NCBI GenBank assembly: GCA_964016885.1
Contig: OZ024740.1
Coordinates: forward strand, 44,206,001-44,270,000
Length of the DNA: 64,000 bases
From: Eledone cirrhosa
Lineage: Eukaryota
Reading direction: 5' to 3'
Shown here piece by piece: positions 43,827 to 57,988 of the stretch (positions within the stretch are counted from its first letter, which is position 1; every line of letters starts with the position of its first letter). Made by a program: the position numbers and the translations under genes. Below the pieces are notes generated by a model that did not search any database, had not been told where the DNA came from, and was given only the letters and a program-made list of their open reading frames with translations.

Positions 43827-44593
43827 ATACATATAATTAAATAAACGTATATAAATAAATAAATACGTATATAACAAGCGCACACACATACCTACATGTA
43901 AATACACATATGTTCGGAGACGAACGTCAACCAAAACACAAAGTACACGTATACACACCCTACATACGTACGAACCCGCATACTCACACAGACGCAAAAC
44001 TCACGTATACACATAACCAAAAGCATATGTACCAGAATGGTTAGAATGCTTACTTATGTAATTAAGCGTATCATTCGGCTTTCTATACGGGTAATGCAAG
44101 CCATTCGATAAATTGAGGTAACGTCGAGGTAATTAACGATTGAGAGGTTGGCCTCAACCTGTATGGAGAGGTTGAAGCCTTTAAAAAAGGCTGTGAGTTC
44201 TTTTCTGAACCTGTCGCAATCACGTGGGCCGCACTTAGTCATGGTTACATCACGGTACAAATCACTATCCACGTTGGGGAATTCTTCCTTGATAGAGAAA
44301 AGAAGGAAAAGGCCGATAAGATCAGTAACCTCCGCAGAATCGCTGGCGCCCATACTCACGTCGAATGGGGTACCATTAGATTTTTTAATCCAAATAGAGT
44401 CCTCGAAATTAATCACCGACTTACGGGCATTGAGGATGACATCAACTTCAAAATCCTTAACCACTGTGAGTGTTTTAGCGAAATTGATAGCTCTAAGGAG
44501 AAGTGGTAAAGTGATGGAGGAGTAGTAATTATTGATGTCGAATTGGATAAAACGGCAATGTTCCTTGTTGCATATGCCGTTAGGCAAAAGCAT
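42330..44593 (-). mobile_element. Degenerate Nematis-like PLE RT fragment with TG-rich downstream region
   Basis: ORF 44054-44593 has FIQFDINNYYSSI, FDVSMGASDSAEVTDLIG and LYRD. It is followed by (TG)-rich sequence and ~140-bp internal repeats at 43230-43480. The extent is approximate. Confidence 0.7.
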
Positions 44594-44599
44594 ATATAT

Positions 44600-46590
44600 A
44601 TTAAATTATCAATTATCAATATGTTTTCGAAACTTGTACAATGCTTGGAAAGTTTTACCAATTTTATGGTGACAACTACTGAAAAATTCATTTTTTTTGT
44701 TGATTAAATTGTCATAATTTGTAATTATCTGTAGAGTCTCGAAGTTACAAAGATTGCAATTTTGCGAAATAGTTGCGTTCTAATAGGAATTGGTTTTCTT
44801 TAACTTGGTCCAAAAGATGGAGTATTTAGTATTATTGTCATTTAAAGACCATATTAATTGTGAAAGTGAAGTTGAACATTTCTTATCTGGTTTAATAAAA
44901 GACTGTCTATGATTGTGCCAACGTTCCTTAAATTTAGATGAAGTGGCACCAATATAGTTATATATATTATTATTTGTTTTAATGGTACATTTATATACTA
45001 TATTCTGGTCAAGGCAATTATTTTGTAAAGGACATTCGGACTGCTTTCTACAATTACATTTCTTAATGTTATTTCCAGACCTTAAACTATTCACATTATT
45101 GTTTACAAGTGTTCTACTATTATTCATATTTAAACTATTATTGTTATTCTCGTTAACTAATGTATTGTTATTATTATTGTTATTTAGTTACGTCTCTTTA
45201 CGATCTGAGTTCAAATCCCGCCGAGGTTGACTGTGCCTTTCATCCTTACGGGGTCGATATAATAAAGTACCAGTAATGCACTGGGTAATTGCTGGCCTTG
45301 TGCCTAAAGTAGAAACAATTATTATTGTTATTATTGCTAATTATATGTTGGTTTAAATTAAGATTTTTACTATTTATTTTTTCTATATTTTGAGCAATAT
45401 TCATAGTTGTTGAATAAGAAAGTTTAACTGTGTGTCTATTGAAAATAGAGTAATATTTATGTGACCTAGGGAAGCATTTATCCAAAGCTTTAAAAAATAA
45501 GTGTGCTACCGGTGTTTTAATAGATGCTGGCGGAGTATACCAAATTATAGATCTAGTTCTTCTTTTTTCCGATTTATTCCTGAAGTTGTTTTTATATCAT
45601 TTTTATTATGATTAGTGTGATTATAATTAATATTATTTTCAGTATTTCTTTTCTATATACTCAATATTATTGTTATATCCAGCTTTATGTAACGCTTCAT
45701 TATAATATACAGCCTTACTATTAAATATGGATCTATTAGCAGATAGCCTGGATATTCGTTGTTGTACACTATTGCATTCTTAACACTTTTAGGATGATTA
45801 GAATAAAAACTAATATAATTTAAATTCTCATTGAATTTATGGAAAGGATAATAAAGGCCTGAGTTCAAATTAAGAGTCACGTCTAAAAAATTAACTATTT
45901 TGTTTTTCTACAATAAATAGTATGTCGTCTATATATAAACCTCCGGTAATCTCCGGCAGTTTTCTATTTATCATGTTAAGGATAAAAATTCCCACAAGAT
46001 CCGTAACTTGCGCCGAATCAAGCGAACCCATAGTAATGTCAAAATTCTTCCGTCTATCTGATCTAGTCCAAAGATCATTATTAAAATCAATCAAAGTTCG
46101 TCTTGCTGTTAATATAATATTTATCTCATCACTAGACAAGTCCGTATGTTTATATACATATGATAACGCCTTATTTAAAAGATTAGGAGATATCGAGGAA
46201 TAATAACTCGTTGAGTCCATTTGAATGAACTTATAATTATTTTTATTTTTTATATTATTGAACCAATCTTTGACTTCACTAGTGCCCTTCCATAGGTTTA
46301 GCCATGACCTCAATTTAAGAGTTGGTAAAATCCTATCTATTATATTTTTACTAATTATTCCAAGATCTGATTTTGCAGATGCTATAAGTTTAACTGGCAG
46401 GTCCTCCACGAAATTTTGTTTATGGTCTTTAAAATTTATCCGCGGTTGCTTAGGTATGAAGGGTTCGGTTTTCCGCTCTATTCCAAGATTGGTGATAATT
46501 TCAAATACATCATTATTAATATCCAATAAATCTTCACTTGGGGCCTTTTTATAATTTTTCCTCAATTCTTTTAGAATTAAGTCATTATAT
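44600..46590 (-). mobile_element. Degenerate Nematis-like PLE (RT plus GIY-YIG, frameshifted) with an internal SINE
   Basis: ORFs 45891-46565 (FIQMD..YYSSI, FDITMGSLDSAQVTDLVG, GLYIDD), 45246-45485 and 44780-45127 (CNCRKQSECPL, IVYKCTI..YIGAT..FKERW.NH). Confidence 0.88.
45187..45320 (+). mobile_element. 5'-truncated SINE inserted in a PLE
   Basis: B-box through gtagaaacaatt, lying in TAT-rich sequence. Confidence 0.85.
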
Positions 46591-46606
46591 TATGTGTATA
46601 TGTGTG

Positions 46607-46685
<79 letters not shown>

Positions 46686-46687
<2 letters not shown>

Positions 46688-47998
46688 GGTTATGCACGAG
46701 TGCATTAAGGTTTTCCAGGACACAGTGTTATGTACCGTGTAGGGGAAGGTGAGCTTACAACAGAGTGGTGCTCAACGAAATGCAGAAAATAGGTGTATAT
46801 TCCAGTTTAACTATACTCCGGGGCGTGTATAAAGAATCAAAAAGAACAGAAAGATGCAGTAAAAGAGATTTATTCGGTTCTAACGTACGTTTCAATAGAC
46901 ATCAATTTGCCTAGATCTCGCTGCATCTATAATATTATATAGTTAGTAGAGCATTCGACATCCAATGCACAATCGATTCCATATCATCAGCGATTATATT
47001 TACCGTACCAGAATGTTCAGGTTTTTATAGGAATTCATGTGAAGTTGAAGTAGAGAAGAAGGAGGATGTGACAAAGACGAGAGAGATAGGGGGTTTTTCA
47101 TGGTTGTTGATGTAAAACAGAGGGGAGGATAAAATACGATAATGAAGTCTAGATATGGACTAGTCCAACTGTGTGTGTGCTAGGGAGATGGTAGACGTTG
47201 ATAGGTTTATGATCTATGATAGATGGAGGCAGGGGAGATTAGGCCGAGTGACTTGTAAAGTATGTAGGAGGAGATGTTGAATAGGGGAGATGTGGTCAAT
47301 AGAAGGCATAGCAATAATCCATGGGGACAGATAGAGGAGGTAGAAGGAATATAGAGGAAAGCAGAAGTCGCAGGATCAAATCAAGCCAGGTTTGTATTTC
47401 GAGAACGTAGCCTTGAGTCTGTGATTGCAATATAGAGTCCTTTCCGTTCTGTTGTTGAGAAGAGTATAATTCGATTTTAGTATGTAAAATAGCTCCATAT
47501 TGCATAATCGGCAGTAAGGCTGGCCTGCACGATATGCGGAAGCACTAGAGAGTTTTGTCCATTTCAAAGTGTATTGCAGGTTACTTTCGCGCAACTGCCA
47601 AATTGTATTGGCTAAGGTAGTTACGGAACGGTATTTGATGTTCTTCATCGAACTACGGTGTTGGTACCAACGAGATTTAAAAGTGGTAGAGGTACAGCCG
47701 ATATAGTGCCATCTCCGGTTATCCGATTCAACGGTGCATTGATACACCATATTGGATTCCATGCATTTGTTATTCAGAGGGTAACGATCAGGTAGGTAGC
47801 AGTTTCACTTATCAGCTCTTGTAGTATTATTATCTTGTACAGGTTGCGTTAGGTTTATATGTGTGTCTGCTGCAGGAGGGTTTACATTCAGTGGTTGAGA
47901 ATTTGAGGAAGTGTTAATGTAGTTTCGTGTGGATATGCTGACTAATCGTTTGGAGTTAAGTTTTTTAATAATTAGATCGAGATTGGGTGCTGTAGAAT
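46686..47998 (-). mobile_element. Nematis-like PLE 3' end (GIY-YIG plus 3' UTR with HHR)
   Basis: ORF 47376-47762 MVYQCTV..HYIGCT..FKSRW.QH...CRLCNME..LLNNRTE..C.H. Minus-strand CTGATGA (46985-46991) and GAAACgtacGTT (46882-46893). Ends in (TA)n. Confidence 0.85.
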
Positions 47999-49025
47999 AT
48001 GATAGTAACACTGAAGCAACACCTTCAACAGAGGAAAAAGGTTGGCAACCATCTTGCCCAGGTTTATGAGCATGAAAAAAAAAATATCATTAGAATAGCG
48101 ACTGATCTGGAGGAGAGATATGGAATAAAGCCTGATATAAATCTCTCATCCAGAGAAATCGGAAGATCCTATTCAATGTTCAAACAAGATTTTAAAAATG
48201 ACCAATTTACAGAAAACGTTGTGCATGGATACTTGAGGCGTAAAACACAGACCATAGAGGGGATAAACCACTCAAAAAGCCTGGCATGGAGTTCCGACAA
48301 GTTTATGACATCACACCTTGAGGGATATCTCTATGCAATACAGGAACAAGAACTCCCTACCAAATATCTGCTGCACAAAAGAGGAGGGCCAGCAGCTGGC
48401 AATAAATGTAAAACAAAGATCGAGGATGTAAGCCACATTGTTGCCAGCTGCGAAAGAATGTCATCTCGCTACTACCTCCCCATGAGACGCGATGGGATAG
48501 CTAGAACCATCTGGAACGCACCTTGGAAAACAAAATTAAGAACAAACGAGGAAGAATATATTGAGACAGATGGCACTAAGGAATACTGGTGGAACCTGAA
48601 AATAAAAACTGCCACCAAATTAAAGCATAACCGGCCTGATATTGTTGTTTGGGACCACACATTGAAAATGTGTTCTGTTGTGGAGATCAGCTGCTCACTT
48701 GATGTAAACGTTGTCAGAAAAATACAGGAGAAGGAGGACATCTACGGACCATTGATGAGGAGTTTACGAATCCAGTATCCAAGATACACCTTTAGCTTCA
48801 TACCCATCAATATTGGAGCTACGGGTTATATACCAGCCCGCTTGGACCAAAGTATGACTGAACTTGGTTTTGCAGACAAAAAACGCAGCTCCCTAATTCA
48901 TAGTCTACAAATGGCTGCGATAGTTGGCACCTTCAAAATTTGCAAAACATTCTTGCGATTCAATGGATGACAATTTCTTTTCTTTTACAACCTTGCCACC
49001 AGGAAGGTGGCCGGTCAAAAAAAAT
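47999..49025 (+). mobile_element. RLE-type non-LTR retrotransposon 3' portion (R4-related)
   Basis: AIQEQE, EDVSHIVASC, R(R)D and HNRPDIVVWD....C.VVEISC motifs. Short 3' UTR hairpin (gccacc..ggtggc) and A-tail. Confidence 0.85.
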
Positions 49026-50121
49026 ATACTCGAAATTAAGAGAAAGAGATAAGATACATACATGGTGGCTGCCAACTCGTTTTCGAGTACGGCCACTACT
49101 TTATATCCATGTAGGAGAACCCCTACTGATGCGCTGAATAAGTGTGACATTTTAGTCCAGCCAGCGACTTGAAAACTCTGGTACAAACACTACACTTGTG
49201 ACAATTATTGACACATAGTGCTGGGCCCATGGTACCATGTGATGACAAGTGCAGAGAGATCTCCAGATATAAAGCAATTCCTGTGCCGTGAAGCTTTTAT
49301 AGTGAGCAAAGGCACTGCACAAAGCCAGTCCCACTCTCTTAACCAAGATGATATTTACCAAAAAGAAGAACAAGTCAACATCATTGGATACCATCAGAGT
49401 TGCAGGTGTTATATCAGAGTTTTCCTTCTCCTAGAATTCTGCCTTGACAAAGGCTAAGGGGTCATCTCGCCAGGTGATTTTGGATGGCCATTGAGTCTTA
49501 AGAGGTCCTTTGTCCTTTTACAGGTAGGGTTGCAAGTTTAGTCGCCAACGACCCGACCATGGGACAGGTTGTACAGGGATACATGTTACCAGTAGTACCA
49601 ACTGGTGACCTGACATAACATACATACATACATACATACATACATACATACATACATACATACATACATACATACATACATACATACATACGATTGCGTT
49701 CAGTAAATAGAGATATTGTAATACATATAAATGCTCAGGGTTGGGGAGCCATACAATTCAATATGTCTCTAACATTATATGCTCAGATTTGATTATGCAT
49801 TATTATATATTGTTGAAAAATGTTATCTTCAAATTATGTATCTCGCACACACACACCCACCCACACGCGCCTACATATTGATATACATAGATAGAGAGAA
49901 AGATAGAGAGGGGGTAGATAAATAAATATTTAGTTTTATAGATAGATAGATAGATATAGACGCATATATATAACTTGTTTGTAATAAGGCATTAATGTAA
50001 ACTGTTATCTATAAATATTACATTTGTTTCAGTTATAATATAGCATACTTATCTTCGTTTTATTTCTATAAAATTAACAATTCATATTTTAGAGCAATGT
50101 TTCTTTTAAAGCTTCAGGAAA

Positions 50122-50159
<38 letters not shown>

Positions 50160-50202
50160 GCATGTGTATGTGTCTCTGTGTGTGTATGTATATGTACAAA
50201 TA

Positions 50203-50236
<34 letters not shown>

Positions 50237-50290
50237 AGTATAAGTATATATATAAGTATATATATAAGTGTGTGTATATATATATATATA

Positions 50291-50322
<32 letters not shown>

Positions 50323-50329
<7 letters not shown>

Positions 50330-52566
50330 ATATTTGGGGAGGGTCATATTTGCGTAATATTGCCAGAATTAATAACAGAACACACTCACTGTTTGGTTGG
50401 TTTTCGCTTCTCGCTGTCTTTTATATATATATATCTGCGATCTAACTTACTCGGTCCTCAATGTTGCCATTGACTGACCGGCGGTCAAAAATAATACAGA
50501 TACAATATAGACAAACACATATATATATAGTTTACATAAATCTTTCGTTGCACATCTGCAACATCGTCAGTGGTGTTATATTCATTGTTCCTCCTGTTGT
50601 GTTGTATGTCTACGCCATTTTTTTTGTTCAGTCTGTCTATATATTTATTTATTTATTTATTTGCTTGTTTGTTTATCTTATTTTATTTTGTCTTCTTTGC
50701 GCATGCGTTTGCGTGTGTGTATAGTGTTATGTGTGATGTGTGACTAGTGTGTATAGTGTTGTGTCTGCTGGGTGACTAGTGTGTGTTTATGTGCTTGTGT
50801 ATGTATTTATTTATCTTATTTTATTTAATTTAATTTACTTATTTATTTATACTTCTCTTAGGTCAGTGTTGTTTGTTTGGGTGTTGTTGTTGTTCCACTC
50901 ATTCTTTCTGTTTAGCTTTGGTCTTCTAATTTCTATTTCACTGGCCTCTCTGATTTGCCTATCTGCTGGGTCATTCCTATGTTTAGATATTATTCTAATT
51001 TCTATGTTGTCTATGTTACCGTCATGATGTTGTCTAGCATGTTCGTATAGTACTGACCCGTTTTTTCGTCCTTTTAGTTCCCCCCAGTGTTGGTCTATCC
51101 TTTCACCTATGCTACGAGCTGTCTCACCTATGTATGTTGTTGTCGTGTTTCTGCAAGTACCCTCTGTACATCTTATGCTATAGACTACGTTTCTAGTTTT
51201 ACAGTTTATCCGGGGGTTCACCTTACATATGATACATTTCCTATTGGTACAGTGGGTTTTCTTAAAAGGGTAGGTTTTGCTGATCAGGGATTTTATGGTG
51301 GTTCCTGGCTTTTCTACCACCTTTATTTTTAAGTGGGTCTTTCTCAGGGCCTTTCTACACTGGTTAGCTAATTTCCCTCCAGGGGTGGCGTCCACAAACA
51401 TGACACTCTGATATCTCTGGTTGTCGTACCATGATGTGGCCTTCCCTATCTTATGTCTAGCCCTATCTAAGCTATTCCATGATTTGCTCCTGTATAGTGG
51501 GCAAATTCCTTTCATGTCCAGTTCTATGAGGGTCTTATACTTTTCCATGGCTCCTTCGTATACTCTGACTCTGTCTCTTTGGTTGTAGCCAGAGAACTGC
51601 ATGCGGTTGATGAAGTGTTGGATGTGTCCTTCCATTTCTGTTGGGTCGCACATGCTGGACACATTCTTCATCACTCGTACCAAATCTGCGATCAGAATAT
51701 TAAACTTAGCACTACTGGACATTGCTGAGTTTTTGAGTATCAGGTATTTGGAGGCCATGGGTTTAGCATAGTGTGAGTGGAGAATTTGGGCTCTCTCGTC
51801 TATAGTGTTAATCCAGAGTTCTGTGTCTAATACAGGTAGTCTATTGTTAGGGTGTTTGGAAGGGAAGTCTATAGTTACAGTTATACTCTGGTGTATGGAA
51901 TTAGCTATCTGCTGGATGCTTTCCATCGTGCTACGTTCTAAATCAAACTTGTTAGTGCTCTCTAGTGGGGGTGTTCTTATAACTATATTGATATCGTCTA
52001 CATAACGAGAGTACATGATGAGGTCTATGGAGCTTTCATTAAGGAGATCTTTAAGTCTCCTTTCCCACCATACCATGAAAAGGTTGGCAACATCGCCAGC
52101 TATGCTGACGCCGATGGCTGCTCCCTCATTTTGGGTGTAGATTTTCTCATTGAACTTAAATATGTGGCCCTTTAGGGTAGTTTTGATACTAGCCCCTATT
52201 GCATGTGCGACCATTTTTCTTACCTGATCAGTGTTTTGGGGGGTCCGTATAGCTTTGGTCCACCCAATCCACCTTCCTATGGGAGTCTTTTTAGCCATTG
52301 AGGTTATGGTGGGGGGTCTACCTCTTATAGGTCTACTAGGGCAGAAACATCTAAGGTCATGGCTGTCTAGGTAGTCAGTGTCGTAGGTAAGTCTAAGTAG
52401 GAGGCCCAGTTCGTCTGTGTCGACGTCGCAGAACTCCACCTCACTCTCAATGATCATCTCCACACATCTTTTCACAGCAAAATCAATGTTAATGGATGGG
52501 TACAGTGACACCACATCCATGCTGCCTATTATGCAGTTGGATAGGCTCCTGTTTTTGTTGCACTCA

Positions 52567-52570
<4 letters not shown>
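50323..52570 (-). mobile_element. Penelope-like element (Neptune-like, RT plus C-terminal GIY-YIG), 5'-truncated, flanked by (TA)n
   Basis: ORF 50847-52570: SMDVVSLYPSI, GAAIG, RYVDD RT motifs, Cys-rich linker (CTNRKCIIC) and NVVYSIRC...YIGETAR...R..QH GIY-YIG. The 3' UTR carries an HHR-like motif (CTGACGA..GAAA, ~50530-50575). Confidence 0.9.
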
Positions 52571-52614
<44 letters not shown>

Positions 52615-52827
52615 TAAGTATTAATAAATATATACATCTACATACATTTCAATGTATTCCATTTTAAGATTTCCATGGCACACGTGTGCATTATAATCCG
52701 GTTTTTAAATATATTATCGCATTTGTTAGTAATGGTAAGTGGAAATACCTTTGACGTATATGTTAATACGAGCACACAAGTGTACGTACATACACGAAAA
52801 GATACATACATACAAACAAATATAGAC

Positions 52828-52868
<41 letters not shown>

Positions 52869-53010
52869 AAAATAGTCAGGACCCCGACAACTGAGCTCCG
52901 GCTGTTTCAACAACTAGATCCGATTCTTTTCCTAATACCAACTCTACTACCTAAGTATCGAGTACTCTGATGCGTCATGGTCCACCTGGTTTCTTACCAC
53001 ACCTTCTTTG

Positions 53011-53070
<60 letters not shown>

Positions 53071-53127
53071 ACATATTTTCCAATTCCAACCCACCCATCC
53101 GCTCAATCTATCATATTTCTCATTCTT

Positions 53128-53163
53128 TCTTCTGATGAAGAACTAGCGTCCGAAACGTTAAGA
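53128..53163 (+). ncRNA. Minimal type I hammerhead ribozyme in a short (TA)n-flanked PLE remnant
   Basis: tctt-CTGATGA-aga(actagcg)tcc-GAAAC-GTT-aaga. Confidence 0.7.
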
Positions 53164-53191
53164 CCCGCTTCCTGCTATTTCAAGCGTTAAC

Positions 53192-53243
<52 letters not shown>

Positions 53244-53689
53244 TATGGATATATATAATATATATGTGTGTATATGTGAGTGTGTGTGTATATTTATGAT
53301 GAATGTAAGACAATGTATTAGTCATACGTATTTCAATTAGAGGAAATAAGCAATACAATGATTGGAAGAATTTCATTGAAGCTGCATTGTGGCATATATG
53401 AATAAAACCATATACTAAATCGTTAAATTTGCCTTACCACACAATTTCACATAACTCTTGTTTCTTCGGAAATATTTTAATGTACAAAAATATAGGAGGA
53501 TATCTCTTAGTAAAATCATCCGAGCCTCTCACCAACATTATGTTAACGTTATGACATTCTGTTATAATATCGTTGTCATCTGAAAAATGCACATACACTT
53601 TTAGATTATTCTTTTCTTGGTGTCTAGTGAATGAATGTCAATGATGACAGAGAAAAAGCCTGAAATGTGTGTCTGGCATTATCACCGGT

Positions 53690-53870
53690 GGTGAATTGGC
53701 AGTATCGGTAGAGGGTGGGACATGCTTTCCAGCATAGGTACGTCCCTTTACGATCTGAGTTCAAATCCCGCTGAGGTTAACTTTGCTTTTAATCCATACG
53801 GAGTCGATAAAATAAACTACCAGTAATGTACTGGGTAATTGCTGACCTTGTGCCAAAAGTAGAAACAATT
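53690..53870 (+). mobile_element. tRNA-derived SINE (major family)
   Basis: Consensus match, TSD TTATCACCGG. Confidence 0.88.
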
Positions 53871-55399
53871 ATCACCGGCTACTAAGGTAGCTGTGATATG
53901 ATCACAGCTGAAATCATTCAAATTGAGTCTCAAGCATGTCTATTTTACATAAGCATATCGTGTATGTCTTCACATACATCCTGTTATGCACCACGCAAGG
54001 TTGCTAATTGTTATATGCTATATCAACCAGAATATTGCAACTAACATCTTGCTATATTTAGTTATCTAGCTAACGAAATAAGTGGATGAATCATTGATCT
54101 ATATCTCAGGACAAGGACATTTGTAACAGGGCTGACCCTTTGTATAGCAAGGCACATGATAAAAGGGACTCTAACGAGAAGCTGGTATACATTGAGAATA
54201 CCGTTTAATCTACCTCAGAGACTTTGACGTTACTGTATTCATAACCAGGAACCTTTTAGTTGTGGGGCCGCACATTTTACCGGTACACAAATACAATAAT
54301 CTGAACACACTTCAATAAATTTGTATTCTTATTCTGCTTAAATTAAAGGTTTATAAGTCAAATTGTTATGTTTATGATATTGTTATTTCTCTATGTTCTA
54401 TTTAACATCTGTATTTATAACTCTGTGCGCTTGCATAAACTGGAAACATATGTCAGTACATTATCTTATATTATCCATTTAATATGTGTATGTATAATAT
54501 ATATGTGTTAATAATTATATATATATATGAGTTAATAATTATATATATATATATGTGTGTGTGTATATATATATATATATATGCATATATATATATGTGG
54601 GTGTGCGTGAGTGTGTGTATATGAGCGTGTTTGTGTATGCATGTAGGTATGTATATATATATGCATGTGGGGAGAGTGAGTGGGAGAGAGCGAGCGGGAG
54701 AGTGAGAAAGAGGGTGAGAGAGATAGAGAGAGAGAGAGAAATCATTTTGAAGTCCTTATTTGTCTACGTACATATAAAATAAGCAGATTTTGATACATAA
54801 CTTGCAGCTATAAAAATTCCTTTCAGTAGAAATAATGAAAAATCTCGACGTATATCATACAGAATATTTTTTTATTGGAAAATTCATTAATAAACCATTG
54901 TTATGAAAATGCTATGGACAAAGGAAAATATTAAAAGGATCTTATTTTTGTTTACTACGTATATCTATTTTGCAAATTTACTTCATTTATAAAATATAAT
55001 TTTTCATTTCTCTTCTTAAAGAATTGTTAGCCAATAGCTCTTGAGAAAGAAACCGATAGACAGCTTAGACTGTTAATAAAATAAGATTATTGCAAGATCG
55101 CATCGTAAATCGTTAGAAATCGTTATTAGTTTCGCTGAAGGACTGAAAAATTCAAAATAAAAGATTTTCTTTCGGGCAATTTAGAATATTTCATCAACAT
55201 ATTGAATTATTATTATTCATGGAATATATTAATTTACTATTATTTTACATGATATTTTACTAAGTTGCATAGTCAGTTAAATTAGTTTTCACACTAAAGG
55301 CTGAGAAAACATATTCCTTATACTTTCATGGATAATTTGTTTGAAACATTGATTTTATTAAAGTCGACATTTATTTCCACATTTATTAGAGCATGCAAA

Positions 55400-55640
55400 G
55401 ACATGTGGTTTAGTTTTTAGAGAACTAAATTCTAATTGTGAGGATTTGAGTTCGATTGATAGACTGAGCTTGCGTTGGGTATTTGAGCAAGGCACTTTAT
55501 TTGTTGTTGCTCCAGTTCACTCAGCTTGAAAAAAAGAGTTGTGGTGTCACTGGTGCCAAGATGTGTCGATTTTTGCCTTTCCCTTGGACAAAATTGGTGG
55601 CGTAGAGGGGTAGACTTGCATGTATGCGTGACTGGACTCC
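55400..55640 (+). mobile_element. Older second tRNA-SINE family (also ~6355-6560, 38150-38290, 62445-62570)
   Basis: gtggtttagt..gagttcgatt head, then gagcaaggcactttat..ttgctccagttcactcagct and tttgcctttcccttggaca blocks. Confidence 0.6.
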
Positions 55641-55751
55641 ATAAAACATCTAGGCCGGGCTCGTGTCGCGGACGAGAACATTCTAGTTTCAAAACCAATG
55701 GTCATTTGTGACCGAAGGAGGTCTTTATTCTTCTTACCTTGTATTAGATCA

Positions 55752-56036
55752 TAATTGTTTCTACTTTTGGCACAAGACCAGCAATTATCCCAGTACATTA
55801 CTGGTTCTTTATTTTATCGACCCCGTAAGGATGAAAGGGAAAGTTAACCTCGGAGGGATTTGAACTCAGAATGGAAAGGGCCGTAACTCTATGCGTCAAA
55901 GCATGGCGTCCGACCCTCTACCGATACTGCCAATCCACCGCCCTTAAATAATTGTTTCTACTTTAGGCACAAGGCCAGCAATTAACCAGTGCATTACTGG
56001 TACTTTTTTTTATGGACCCCGTAAGGATGAAAGGCA
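55752..56036 (-). mobile_element. Two adjacent SINE copies (full 55752-55943, truncated 55950-56036)
   Basis: Both match the consensus on the minus strand. Confidence 0.85.
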
Positions 56037-57607
56037 AATCATAATGTTGTCTTAGCACATTTACATCAGTTAGGAATAAATAGTTGATAGATACTTCTGG
56101 AATGGTGGACTGTATAACTAGCTTCCTAGCAAGAGTTTCGGGTGTAAACTTTGAGATAATGAGTATGTAGTCAATGAGTCATAGGTATACATTATGTACG
56201 TGACAGTTACCTCAAACTTTCAAATCTATTTTCAATGTTGTTGAAAGCGTGATGACGTTTATCAAATCCAGTACCATTTGTGGTGTCAAATGTTACTTTT
56301 ATATGACATACAACTGAGCTGCCTTTCAGGAAGTAATATGTTAGCTTAAGTTGCAACGATGAAAGCTGAACTGAAAAGGTTCATTCCGATAAATATGGCA
56401 GATGAAACAATCAGTTTTGTAGGTAAGATTTCTGACAACAAATGGAGAGCTAATCTAGTCTACCTAAACAATATTTTATTTCAAGCAACGGGGCATTTCA
56501 AAGCAACGTTGACATTGTCAAAAAATCAAAATTATTCCGAATGAAATTTCGGTTGTAGATGGGAAGCCTCAAATCGACCGTTACAATGTCTGGGGTGCAA
56601 ATAAAAGCATTGCACTGCAATGGTAACAAATACTTTAGCCCAGAAGCCCCGATTCACGGACTCCGAGCTTAAAGGGATGAAGATTCGAAAGTATCTTAAA
56701 TCGGAGACCTGACCTAAGTGCATGTATCAGAGTGAACACCACTAAAGACGTCCAAGTGTACCATAGTACTTGGTCTTACATCTACGATCTTCTGCTTTAT
56801 TGTATGCTATATATGTAAGGTTTTAATGTTATCCTCCTCCAAATATTTATTTTTAGCAAACTACTTCAAGTAAGATCAACTACATGTCACCACTATATCA
56901 TCCATGCTTTATATTATGACACGAACGCAATAACTAACCTACACAAATTTCAAATTAACTTATTTTGTCTTTTGAAATTAAAACTAATGAACACATTAAT
57001 CTACTTTACCAATGTGACATTCATTAATTTTAGTCTATTTCTGAATAACTATCAAACTTTTATTTTCGTTTTTAAAGGATTCGGTAGAACAACATTAACA
57101 TCTCGCTTTCTTGTTAGTTAAATGTCTATATTATCTTAAAGCTCAAAAGCAAATCCATTGCTATTTTCTTTTGAATGCTAAACTAAGGTCTATTGAAAGC
57201 GTCCACAGTAAATATGAAGAAAATGTTAAATTACATCGTACTAATTCCTTCTTACACTGTCATTTGCTAATGGCTAATACCTTCTGCACTATTTTTGCAA
57301 CAAACAACCAGCCTTGACAAAACAAATAGAGTTTGCTTACGAATTTGATCACCACCTCATACAAGTAATATTTAGCTGACAACAATTAATATTATAGACA
57401 CCTGCATTACTTTAAGAAATATCTGCTAAAAGGATTCCTATCTAATTCGATGTCATCTTACGTCAGTTTCTTTTGTTTGGAAACAATTCTTCTTCTTATG
57501 AACAAGTTTCTATAATGTAATTGAAGGAGAGAATTTTGGACGTATTTGTAAATGTATTTTGATGTGTATTTACGCTTGGTTGGTTATTTCAGGAACACGG
57601 GTACAGA

Positions 57608-57805
57608 ATGAATTATACCTCAGATGATGATGACTGTGTTAATTCTCCAGATGTTGACAGCCACTTCAGTGATAGCTCCATGTTTTACGATGATGAGTAC
57701 CAGTTTATTGATGCCTGTATTGATGGAGATCCTGAGGCCGTCCAAGCGATACTTGAAGACGACTGCACACGAGAGGAAATAAATGAAAGGGACAGATCCG
57801 GCAGA
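57608..57805 (+). CDS. ANKRD33B: ANKRD33/ANKRD33B-like ankyrin repeat protein, first coding exon (exon begins at 57593)
   Basis: Acceptor ttatttcAG ends at 57592, ATG at 57608, 66 codons MNYTSDDD...FIDACIDGDPEAVQAILEDDCTREEINERDRSGR, donor GTAAGT at 57806 (phase 0). It splices in frame to the next exon. Confidence 0.8.
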
Positions 57806-57932
57806 GTAAGTGTTAAGATGTTATATCATATCATATAACAATGATATATTAACGAATGCTAGTACAGTCTAGAATAATTAATGTTTGGTTTCTTCTTGGT
57901 TGTGGATTGTATGAGTGTATGTACGCATGTTA

Positions 57933-57988
<56 letters not shown>

